A stretch of DNA of 64,000 bases, from NCBI GenBank assembly GCA_015680685.1, contig MNCI01001451.1, positions 944,274 to 1,008,273 on the forward strand, read 5' to 3'. The translations under genes and the position numbers were made by a program. This document shows, in pieces, positions 37,701 through 48,862 of this stretch. The first letter of the stretch is position 1. Every line of letters starts with the position of its first letter. The notes beneath the pieces are model-generated. The model ran no database searches, was not told the DNA's origin, and saw only the letters and a list, made by a program, of their open reading frames with translations. This DNA comes from Gnetum montanum. Its lineage: Eukaryota; Plantae; Gnetophyta.

Positions 37701-39175
37701 CATATCCAACGTTGGCTCTCATCTACCTCTTCATACCTGAAGTAGATGTTGGCCTCCTAGTTCCCAGAAGTAATTACCGTCACCTCCTGGGACTTCTTCG
37801 CCCCTATAGCAGTTTGCACAAAAACACCAAAACACAAAAAAAACAAAGATCAAAAGCAAAAAAGCCAAAAACATATTAGGCAACGCATAAGTAGCAAAAA
37901 AAAAAACAGTGATGACACTTGAGCAGGTAGTAACTTACTATTTAGCTTACCAGGTTTAAATGGTGACGGGAATGGTGGAAGATCAACCAAGACATCTTTA
38001 GCGACGATCAGCTTAAAGGGTGACCATCCCTCATCTAACCAACTAGACTCGTATCTGTTGTAGAGTTTGGGATATCGGGTTGGGTAGGTTTTGTACTCAA
38101 CCCCGCATTAGCCTATCACACTTGCGCACATATTCTCAGTGGAAGAAAACTCCCGTAGCACCATTTGTGCTATGGTCAACACATCTGTATCGTCGTGAAG
38201 TCCATTCTCGTTGATGAAAAACCTGGTAATAAAAACACATTGTTAACATTTGGCTAACGTAGCGGAACATGGTTACAAAACTCACCCGCCAGCACTGTAA
38301 ATGGTTCCTGGTGGGTTTTGGAAGCACATTCCCATGTGATGCGTAATAAACAAGGTGTTGTAGGAATGGTAGCAATTATACTTAGGCATCTCCCAGATCC
38401 AAGCCAAACACCTCAAATTTCTAAGGCACTGATTGGGTCCCTCTCCTTGCTTGCTGCTAATTGCTCCATCCATCAAGAATCTCAGGATACCCTAATTTGC
38501 CCCAGGCAACACGGTTTTTGTTATGGCAGCTGCTACCTCCTTTGCCAGATGTGACCAAATAATCACACTGAAGCGTTGGAGGAGAAATTGCAGGAACTAC
38601 TATGCTCCCTCCCGGAACTAGACTACCTACTTCCCCACACGTGTATGGTTTGGAGGATCATTTGCCATTGGTTTGCTCATGTAGCACAGGGCCATCACAA
38701 TTTCTAGGACAATTAAGATTGGCCTTAGCGCTACCCTACATAGCACAATAGCAAATGTTAGCACCATGTCAAGTGGCTCAAATCAACCAAGCCAAGTGGC
38801 TCAAATCATCCAAGCCTCTACGGTAATGATAGCCACAACGATGGTGGTCTAGGTGACCTTGCATGCAACCTTAGCATAGCGTCTGTACGTCTACCACAAC
38901 CGAAACAGCAACAGCGATGGTGTAAGGGCCAAAACAATGATAATGTGATGATGGGAAAAAACACAGATGGCTGAACAAAATCGCAAAAACAAAAACAAGA
39001 AAAGAAAAAACAAATAACAAAGGCGTAAAAAAAATAGAGGAAGCATAGTGGCCTACCGGGTCAACGGTGTCTCCTCTTGCATTGTGATGTGCACCTACGA
39101 CACATGTCCTAGGGTTTCCTTTACTTCTTTGACCTTGGCGAGCATTGGGTTTTTGCGTTCTTTTCTAGGAGCCAT
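34751..39175 (-). pseudogene. Spliced antisense accessory gene: FCP1/NIF-like degenerate HAD domain + plant-transposon-protein-like domain + acidic/coiled-coil tail (copy 1)
   Basis: ATG (MAPRKERK) at 39175, TATA at ~39311-39317, phase-compatible GT-AG introns (38285-38223, 37950-37804), last exon ending DDAGDDNP-TGA at 34751. Stops mostly fit CAG/CAA/CGA/TGG transitions. Confidence 0.8.
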
Positions 39176-39494
39176 CGTCTTACTTGTCGACTCTTCCTTT
39201 GTTGCTACATCGAACGGCCTCGCTCTTCATTAACACAATCGCTCTACGCTCCAAATGTAGGCTCTATGTTGTTACGGTGAAAATGACGAGTTTACCAAGG
39301 GTTAATCCCCATATATAGCCATGATGATGAAAGGGAAACTTTTCATTCTCTCTCTTCATTTAATGTGGAGTATTTCATGGAGCGTAGCATGACTGCCACG
39401 GCGTAGCAACACTGTTCGCATTAAGGTAAGTGGGCCTGAGTGAAAGGCCTTAACACACTTCAAAATAGCCATTTTCCTTCACAAAAATATCTCG

Positions 39495-39762
39495 TTAGCA
39501 GTCCGCAAAGGCCCTTAAACTAGCGCCTTCCAGATTTTGCATCTTAACGGTCCAAAAAGACCTCAAACTAGTATGTTCACAACATACCTTGTTAGTGGTC
39601 CGCAAAGAGCTTAAACTAGCAGTTTTGACGTTTTACCTGTTCGCAGTTCGCAATGACATTAAACTAGCAGTTCTGCATTTTTTACATCAGCATTTTTGCA
39701 CTTTTACATTAGCAGTTTCACATTTCTACATCTTAACCATCAGCCACGACCTTAAACTGGCA
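39495..39762 (+). repeat. Pre-RT array of GTC-N6-GAC-NTTAAACT modules
   Basis: Five modules at ~48 bp spacing (one longer interval). Confidence 0.8.
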
Positions 39763-39894
39763 AATTTTAAACCTTATATCATACTTCATACTTACGTCTA
39801 CAGTTTGCATGTCATTGCTATTTTGCAAATGCTCACTACACACGGTTACTACATATAGGTACCTCTTAACCAAACTTTCATCTCATTTTGGTAG

Positions 39895-42868
39895 GTTGAG
39901 TGAGAATGGAAATCCATCATGATTTCTCTTCACCTTTAACTTTAATAGGTCCACATGGTGAACTCGCAAGCCAACTAAACCCAGAACTAATAGATTGGGA
40001 ATCATCCATAGTTAGCACTATAGCATCCTTAAAGGCATCTTTAGACTGGCCTGGGCATATGGTCCAAGCCCTAGATTTAGAGGCTGGGGATGTAACTGAG
40101 GACCCTCTCATCGAAACGCCTGTGACCACATCCAAGGGGAAAGTAAAAATGTTAAAACTTAGTTCCCTCTTAGATTCACAGATGCATGACCCCATGGGGT
40201 TACACTGTGATGCCTTTTGGATGCAAAAACATTGGAGCAACCTACTAGTGAGCCATGACTTACATCTTTAGCGACTACATCTTAGAAACGCTGAACGACT
40301 ACATGGATGATATAGTGGTGAAATCTAAAGAAGCCGCTGATCATCCCAACGATCTAGGTGTAGTCCTCAAGTATTTCTAGTTGCATGATTTACGCCTCAA
40401 TCCTAAAAAGTGTGTCTTTTGGGTGAGAATCGAATGCATGTTAGGGTTTGTAGTATTGGAGGTTGGATTATGAGTGGACCTTGACAATGTCAAGGCCATC
40501 ATTAACCTGGCGCCACCTACAAATTGTAAGGAATTGCGTGGGCTGCAAGGTAGAGTACAGTTCATCAGAAGGTTTATAGCAAAGTTGATTGACAAGGTAG
40601 AATGGCCACCATAGTTCCAACAAGCCTTCGATGATATGAAGAAAGACCTCTTGCACCTCATAAGTATTTACCCACCAGAGAGGGATAAGCCTTTCTTCAT
40701 CTATCTTGCCACATTGGACACATCTATCGTGGCACTGTTATGTTAGAAACGAGATGATGGTTTTGAGATACCAGTGTACTACCTAAGTCATGCACTGATA
40801 GCATATGAAGCAAAATACAATGAGGTAGAGAGAAACTGCCTTGCCTTAGTGTTTGCATTGAAGAAGTGGAGACACTACGTGTTTCGTAGCAAAATTAACA
40901 CTATTTGCAAAAGCAACATACTCCGGGCTATCACAAACAATCTGTACGAAAGTAGTAGGATAGCTTGGTGGAAAGCAATAATAGTAGAATTCGATTTGCA
41001 TTATGTGAGCCAATCGTCGACGAAAGGTCAAGCCATAGCAACACAACTTACGACCTCACCCATCGACGATCAGGCGATCATAGACCCCTGAATTCCTAAA
41101 CGAGCATGTTAGCGCTATCAACGCAATCCCATCACATCTTGAAGCTACTTTGCATTTCGATGGCACCTCGACCGCGTGAGGGGGTAGTGCGGCTACTGTC
41201 ATTTCATTCCCTTATGGGGAAATGCATCCTTTAGCTTATCGTTTTGGGTTCCCTTGTATAAACAATGTGGCAGAGTACGAGGGGTTATTCTAGGGCCTTT
41301 TAGTAGCCTAAGCATTAAGCATACAACACCTGGCAATTCACGAAGATTCACAACTAATTGTGAATCAAATCACCGAGGTCTATGCCTACAAAGCTACACA
41401 CCTACAACCCTATTTCGACTTAGCGAAAAGCCTACTTAAACAGTTTGCAACAACGTATGTGTAACATGTGCCATGTAATGAAAACACCATAGTAGATGCC
41501 ATAGCCACCTTGGCATTAAATATTCCATCACACTTGTTTGCAAGTTTTCCAACCTTGATTACCGAGTGTAGTGAGCCTATCACTCAAGCGGTACACGTAG
41601 CCTCTGTCAGCGCTGCGGATACCCAGAAGTGGTACGCTAACATTAAAGCCCACCTACAACATGGCAAGCCCCCAAGTGGATTGAAATCTACCCAGAGAGA
41701 TGCAATTCATAAGTGTGCTCGGCAATATGTGCTTATGGGAGACAACACCCTATTAAAATGCTCCTATGACGGGATATTGCTGGCATGCATAAATGGGGAG
41801 CAAGAGCATAAGGTAATTAATGAAGTACACGAGGGATTGTGTGGTGGACATATAGCACCTAGGGATATGGCTATAAAAATCAGATGTCTAGGGTACTATT
41901 GGCCTCACATGGAACATGATTGCCTGGCCAAAGTCAAGATGTGTGATACGTGCCAACGATATGCAAATATCTTACACGTTTCACCTACAGAGCTACATCT
42001 GACACAGATTACATGGCCTTTCTAGCGATGGGGACTAGACCTCATAGGACCTATGATGCTTAAGTCCTCTGCAGGGCATAGCTTCATCATCACTGCCACT
42101 GAGTATTTTACTAAGTGAGTAGAGGCTATCCCCCTAAGGAAGACTACGTCTTAGTAGATTTGCCACTTCATCTTGGACAAGATGTTGACAAGGTTTGGAC
42201 TTCCCATGAGTATTGTGATAAAAAATGGGCCATAGTTGAGTAGTACAGAAACCTGAAACTTCTGTAGCAATCTTGGCATTAGAAAATCATTCTCCTCACC
42301 ATATTACCCGTAGGCGAATGAACAAGTAGAGGCTACAGATAAGTCCATCATAAACTTGCTAAAAAGGATTCTTAACAATAGCAAGAGGTGATGGCATGAG
42401 CAAATCCTCTATGTGCTATGGGCTTACAGGACAACATGTAGGACTACAATAGGTAAGACACCTTATAGTCTTGTTTATGGATCTGAAGCAGTGCTAGCTC
42501 TTGAGTTGCAGGTGCCATCACTCCAGATGAACTATCGAATGTCATGAGCGAAGCCCAGAACAACGAGTTGAGGATCATCGACCTCGACTCAATAGAGGAG
42601 GAGCATGTACAAACACTAAGCCACATAGAGCTACCAAAACAAACAATGACAAAAACATCATGCAAATCCACATCAATGGCCAATATAGAAGGGAAACCTC
42701 ATTCGGAAGGCTGTCCATGAGCATATGAACAAATTCTCAGCAAACTGGAAAGGTCCATACATGGTCACAAAATCCTTTGGGAATGAGGCCTTCAAGTTGG
42801 CACACATGGACAACAATGAGTTTGCAAATATGGTGAATCACTCATATCTTAAGCCATACTACATCTAA
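39895..42868 (+). pseudogene. Family A pol (RT with ~460 bp internal deletion, RH, aRH, INT), unit 2
   Basis: YMDDIVVKS, LNPKKC, PVYYLS, FDG, HEGLCGGH, WKGPY. Deletion near 40187 relative to 55030-55490. Confidence 0.93.
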
Positions 42869-42887
42869 TGCATGAAGCAGATAAGAA

Positions 42888-43390
42888 AACGTCCGCTACA
42901 GCATAAAATTGGTGAAGGTAAGAAAACGTTCACGATGACGTAAAACTGGCAAAGATAAGCAAACGTCTGCTACGGTGTAAAATTAGCAACGGTAAGCACG
43001 TCTGCTACAATGTAAAATTGGCAAAGCAGTCCACCATGACGTGAAACTGGCATAGACGGTTTCCTAGGACCTTAAACTAGCACACAGATAGTATGATACG
43101 ACTATGAACTGGCACAAACCATCCTCCATGACATAAAATTGGCATAGCATGGTCTACTAGGACTTTAAACTAGGACAATCCACCATCCACTACGACGTTA
43201 AACTAGCACAACGGTATTCTAGGACCTTAAACTAGCTCATCCACCATCCGATAGGACGATAAACTAGTACAACAGTCTGCTAGGACTCTAAACTACCACA
43301 ATGGTCTGCTAGGACCTTAAACTAGCACACCACAGTCTGCTAGGACCTTAAACTAGCACACCATGGTCTACCATGACCTTAAACTAGGTT
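42888..43390 (+). repeat. 3' UTR hairpin+TAAACT array, unit 2
   Basis: Homologue of 19545-20085. Confidence 0.92.
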
Positions 43391-43454
43391 CATGGCATGT
43401 CCCTAGCATGCATCTATGCCAGTACACAACAAGCAAGCGTGCATAGTGCCGACT

Positions 43455-44891
43455 CGGGGTGGGACATTGCAGTTCCAGAATGTTGTTCACGATGCCAAGA
43501 AAACACCCTCTAGAACATATGCAATGCCACTGCTCTTGGCATCTTACTAATCCTCTGGAGATGTCTTATGACATCTTGCTGACTCTATGGACCTACTGCC
43601 ACCATGGCTCATTGCCCTGGTAGTAGCTTCCCTGGTCAGCACCTGCTGCTGGAGTTCCAGCAGTATTGTGGCCCAGCCACAATATTGTTATGCTCCAGCC
43701 CCTTCCAGTGCCTGAGCTCAAGAGATGTTTAGCTGTTGGGTAGCCAATCTCATAGCTGAACTAAAAACGCTTACCTTGGGTAGGGATTCCTGAGCATCTG
43801 CATTCACAGTAGCTCCTAGCCTCCTCAATGCCAGCTCCTCCACACTGATGTTGCCAAGGCTGCTTCTAGCCTTCCTAGTTTGGACATTGCATGCCTCAGC
43901 AACAACATCAGTTGCTCTAGCAACATCCATAGCAAGATCATTGCCTTCATTTTGCATCATGGTTATTTCTCTTGGTTTTCTCTCTGTTGTGTTTGCAGGG
44001 TGCATACTAGAGGGGCATCGATCAAAGGTGCGTTTCGCCACTGCAGCATATGCTACAACATTACAAGGTGGTTGTCTTAACTAGCTTAGCTACTTTGGAG
44101 TGCACATCCTATCCTTCCCCTTTAGCCCCTTTACCTCGTTCCTCACACTCACAATCCACTCTCTCCCCTATTTTACAAGCTTTTTTCGATGCTTGTTAAG
44201 CCCTCCCATATGCTCAATCGCAAAGTCCATGATGCGTGTAACACAGCTCGTTGCATGGGAAGCATTTGTAGGCGGGTTAAAGCCTCATGTGGATGTAACA
44301 AAACTCATCCCAGAAAAGACACACATGTCCTAAAAGAACATGGTTGTTTGCAAATGTAAAAGGCAAAACAGCAAAAGCAAAAAGCGTAAAAGAGAAAAGC
44401 TCACGCAAAAAAAAAAAAACAAAAAAACTTACTGAAAACAAAAGCCACATTGGTTGTTTTGTAGTAACCCTCTCTAAGTAATTCGACGAGAGGTCAAAGG
44501 TCAATGAAAGAGAAGATGACCATGCAAACAGCTCCCTTACAATCACTCAAATGAGGGACCTTGCTAAATATCATCTTTTCCATTTTCTTGAACCTCCCTT
44601 TCTTCTTGTTTAACCCTTTCCTTTTCCTTGCATAGCCAATGCAACACTCTCAAGCATAGCTAAGCGACATCTTGGCGATCATCGAAGAGCAATGTTGGCA
44701 TCTTATCTTTCGTGGTGTTTCATATTCTTTGTTGACATTTCTCAGGTCCATCCTCCAGACATCGACAAAGAGGGGCTAATGAAACATCGTAAATTTTCAA
44801 GGAATTCTTGCTTCACTAGGTTCTTGGAATTTAGACAACATCATGGCAATTCTCCAAGAGATGGATGCTCTGAGTTTAGACTATCCAGTTC
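43455..44891 (+). mobile_element. Family A 3' region (PPT-like GGGGTGGGAC then TG at 43468), unit 2
   Basis: Homologue of 20151-21508; runs into gag with no LTR end or PBS. Confidence 0.55.
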
Positions 44892-44944
44892 GGCAAATTT
44901 TCTACTCCTAGTGTTGACAGGCAAATTTTCTACTCCTAGTTGCA

Positions 44945-47900
44945 AGACACAGCGTCTCATCATGACGAGGCTTTCTAGGATGGATAGGAGGAACTGGATT
45001 CTCAATCCGAGAGGGGGGGGGGGGGGGGGGGGGGGNNNNGGGTCAAACCAACCATACCACCATTCCTCCTACCCCGTCCTTTTGGACGAACCCGTTGTCT
45101 ACCACCGCTCCCTGTAGGATCACATCTGCACATCGCAAATCATGATTTCATTGGTAATGGGTAGCCATACCATTCCTTCGGCGCATCAACATGCCTATGC
45201 CCCTATCTCAACCCCAGTCACTACTCCCCTAGTAACTTTTGACCAATCCTTTTTTGCTTTGCAACATACACCAATCACGGCTACCCTGCCCCACATTCAT
45301 ACCATACCTACCTCGTAGTCATGTGTAGCTTTCACCTCTATTCCTACATTTACACCTGTCTCACCATCAGCGGCGAGCCCAGGCCCATCTATATGGTGGA
45401 CCCCATTCACTTCTCCTCCTACTACACTACCGTCACAAATGTCCCATTAAGCTAGCCATCAGACCTACAAACCCTTGCAAACGATGCAACCCAGTGCGAG
45501 ACTATGGTTTGTTCCACCAGATGCAAAAATAGCCTACCCTGTAGCACAACCCACGGTTGCTGCTCCAATAGCACCACCTACCAAGTGGTGGACAACGCGA
45601 GTAGCACCGTTCATAGGGGCCACCCCAATGGCACCGCCAATGGTTCACATTGCTGCCCCTACCACTCCTTAGATGGGAGCTACCCTGGTAGTTCCCTAAT
45701 CGTCTGCATCATCCTTGGGTTTGGATTAAGTGTTCTAGCTTATCCAGACCCTTATTGAGGAAATAAAGCACCTCAAGGCTATCGAGTTTGATACAATACA
45801 AGTCATGGACTTCTACCAAGATGATCCCATGAACCTGGTAGTGCCTGCACTAATGTTACCCCCAGGGATGTCACTCTTCCACTTCACAAAATACAATGGG
45901 AAAGGGGATCCTAATGCACATTTTGTTACATTTAGGTCTGAGTCCCTTCTTCTACAACAATGTCTTCATACGATCATCCATGTCTTTGCCATGTCTCTAA
46001 CCAAAAAAGCCCTAGATTGGTACCATGCACTTTCACGCTCTTTCATATCAACCCTAGAGGAGCTTCTAACCTAGTTTGTGATGCGTTTCAAGTACAACTT
46101 GAGACCACAGATGATGCTGGATCAGTTGATGAACATAAAACAAGATCCACTCAAACCAATCTAGAAGTTCATCCAACGTTGGAGCGCAACCCTTAACAAA
46201 ATTCGCAAGCCCATCGCGGAGGCCCACTTGCTGGCCATCTTTGAGGATGTAGTGAATGAATTTATTAAGTCTAGGCTATATTATCTCACTCCATGCACTC
46301 TGAATTAGGCTTTCACCTAGACTAAGAGCATACAGGATGCAGCTGAGGCAAGCAAAGACCTGGCCTATGTTGCATACAAAAACATCTTCACGAAGAAGAA
46401 TAAGTGTAAGGCTACAACAGCCACAGTGGCTGTTGTGGCGAACGAGGCCAAACCCAAACCTAACAACAACAGTAACAAGAACAACAAGAAACCAATCACA
46501 CCTACAACTAACCTCGCACCCAAATAGGCCAATGCATTACAACCTTCTACATTCACACCTAAGATATCTGCACCACCTAAACCAAACTTTGAGTGTAAAG
46601 ATAATTCGAAGTACACCCCGCTGCCCGTCAAGCCTTCAGATCTTCTAAAGTAGTTACTGCCAGTAGGGTACATCCAACATAAGAGGATGTTGGAGGAGGG
46701 AGCCAGGAAACACCAGTAGTACTAAAAACTTCTTAGGAATCCCTCTTTGGCCTTGGCCAACGAGCCCCCAGTTCCTAAGGGTTTCAAGCTAGAGCGGTTC
46801 TGTGACTACCATCAACAGTGTGGTCATGACACAGATTACTACATGGCACTAAAGGATGATATCCAAAGGATGATTGATCAGGGGAAACTGATGCTAGCTG
46901 AAAGCAACCCAGTATGTCCTGAGAAACAATCCTTGCACATTTACACGGATCCTCTCAACGCCAACAATGCTGGTTACATTATCAACACCATCAGTGTTGA
47001 CAGTAATCCTAGACCACCCCAATAGCTGTTTGTGGTATGTGTGCCTCAACATAGTGCACCAGCCCCACCAATGGCTAATTAAACTTTGCAGCAACCTTTC
47101 ATTCTGAGAGTCCCTCCTTGAGCATTCGCAGCTGCACCACCTATTAACAAAACCGCACCACCATCATGTACACTAACACTATTAGCTGCATTCGTTATTA
47201 AGGGGCGAAGCCACTCAATAGCCCCTACCTCACATAAGGTAGATTTAGAGCCTTCTCTCCCTAGAGAACGAGAAGTGCCCTTCACAGGTGAGACGTTAAG
47301 GGAAAGTACCATCCCAGGTACTTCCAATCCTATGTCCTCACCCCGTACATCTATGCCCTCGTCACCAAAAGATAACGTTGCTACGTGTGCATAGTCTTCG
47401 CCACCTCGTCCGAAAGCATCTGAACCCAGACCGAAAACTATAACTCCTCAAGAAACTTATCTTTTGGGATGAATAAAAGAGGAGAAAGGTAGTAAATCGG
47501 AAAGTGGCTAGGACCTTTTGAATGCCCTCACCCAGGTTAAGTAAGCTCTGAAACAGAAAAATACTACATTGAGCCTGTATGACATAATCATGACATCTAC
47601 TGCACATCGTGAGGCCTTGATCTACATGTTAATGGTAGTTTTGGTTGACGAGAATGTGCCAACGAAAGAGAAGGTAATCCATTTGGTCATGCTCCCTTTT
47701 GCACCTACAGAGCCAAAGTTGTCCCAACTGACTTTTTGCGATGATTCCATTAGGGAAGACCTTAAAAAGGGTAAAGTGACTATAGCACCTCTTTTCATCA
47801 CAATTAGGATCTACTAACATAAGATTCGAAGGGTACATGTTGATGATGGAGCTGCCAGAAATGTCATCCCTTTCCCTATTGTGGATAAGTTGGGTTTGGT

Positions 47901-48413
47901 TGAACAGATCAGACCCACAATAATGTCATGCTTAAAGTTGTTCAATGGGGCATGCATTGTGGTGAAAGGCACGGTCTATATTGACTTCATGGTAGGGGAC
48001 CAGTTTCCCACAAACGTAACATTCTTTGTGGTCGAAGAGATGCCTAGGTTTAACTTGATCTTGGGGAGGTCATGGTTAGCGCAACTTAGGACTGTCTCTT
48101 CATCCATTCATCAGGAGATCCATCTACCCTATGTAGGTAGGCAGGTGATGATCCATGATGATGAGGTAGCAACACAAGCTATCAACAACATAGATATGGA
48201 GCAGGGCTCAGAGTTCATAACCTCTAAGAATGAAGCGCTTGTCTCTGTAGATACTAACCATTTGACAAGAGAACCAGCTTAGCATGATGGTTTAGAAAAC
48301 AAAAATACATGGGTTGAGTTGCCCTTCCAAGTGGGGGACAATGATATAGAGGAAGGCTATGGCAAAGCTCCTCAGCCTTACGCCTCGCCCAATCCACGAT
48401 GGATCAAGAAGTA
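44945..48413 (+). pseudogene. Family A gag-protease, unit 3
   Basis: DFYQDDP..KYNGKGDPNAHFVTF..FAMSLTKKALDWY; FCDYHQQCGHDTDYY; IRRVHVDDGAARNVIP; ILGRSWL. Confidence 0.92.
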
Positions 48414-48554
48414 GTTACGCATAGCATAGCAGCCCCACTATTTCTTGCCCAGTTGCCATCCTTTGTACATTTACCGCCCTTTTGTTTTGCATCCATCCAT
48501 CTACATTATGTACTAATTAGCCATCTTCTAAATCATTAGTGTATCATTTCGCTA

Positions 48555-48695
48555 CCATGCGATGGCATGAAATGGCCTAAAACTATGATACTAGGCCATG
48601 GCCTAAAATGGCCTAAAACTATGTTACCACGCCATGGCACAAAATGGCCTAAAACTATGCTACCATACCATGGCCTGAAATGGCCTAAAACTAGA
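48555..48695 (+). repeat. Post-protease GGCC-N6-GGCC-TAAAACT array, unit 3
   Basis: Four units, homologous to 34370-34580. Confidence 0.9.
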
Positions 48696-48862
48696 ACATC
48701 AAAATCAAAAAGTTAACATAAAATCGATCACATAGACAATGCATAAGCTAGCATAGAACCAATTCCTTTTTCAAAATTCTCCTTTTTCATTCAAAACTTT
48801 TGTCACTTAAACAATGTTTTCAATAGTTTTGCAAAAAATTCAAAATTTCAAAACCCATGCTA

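Noticed and set aside
45011-45041. N gap hiding the family A LTR
   Set aside because: Gag homology to family B continues across the poly-G/N stretch.
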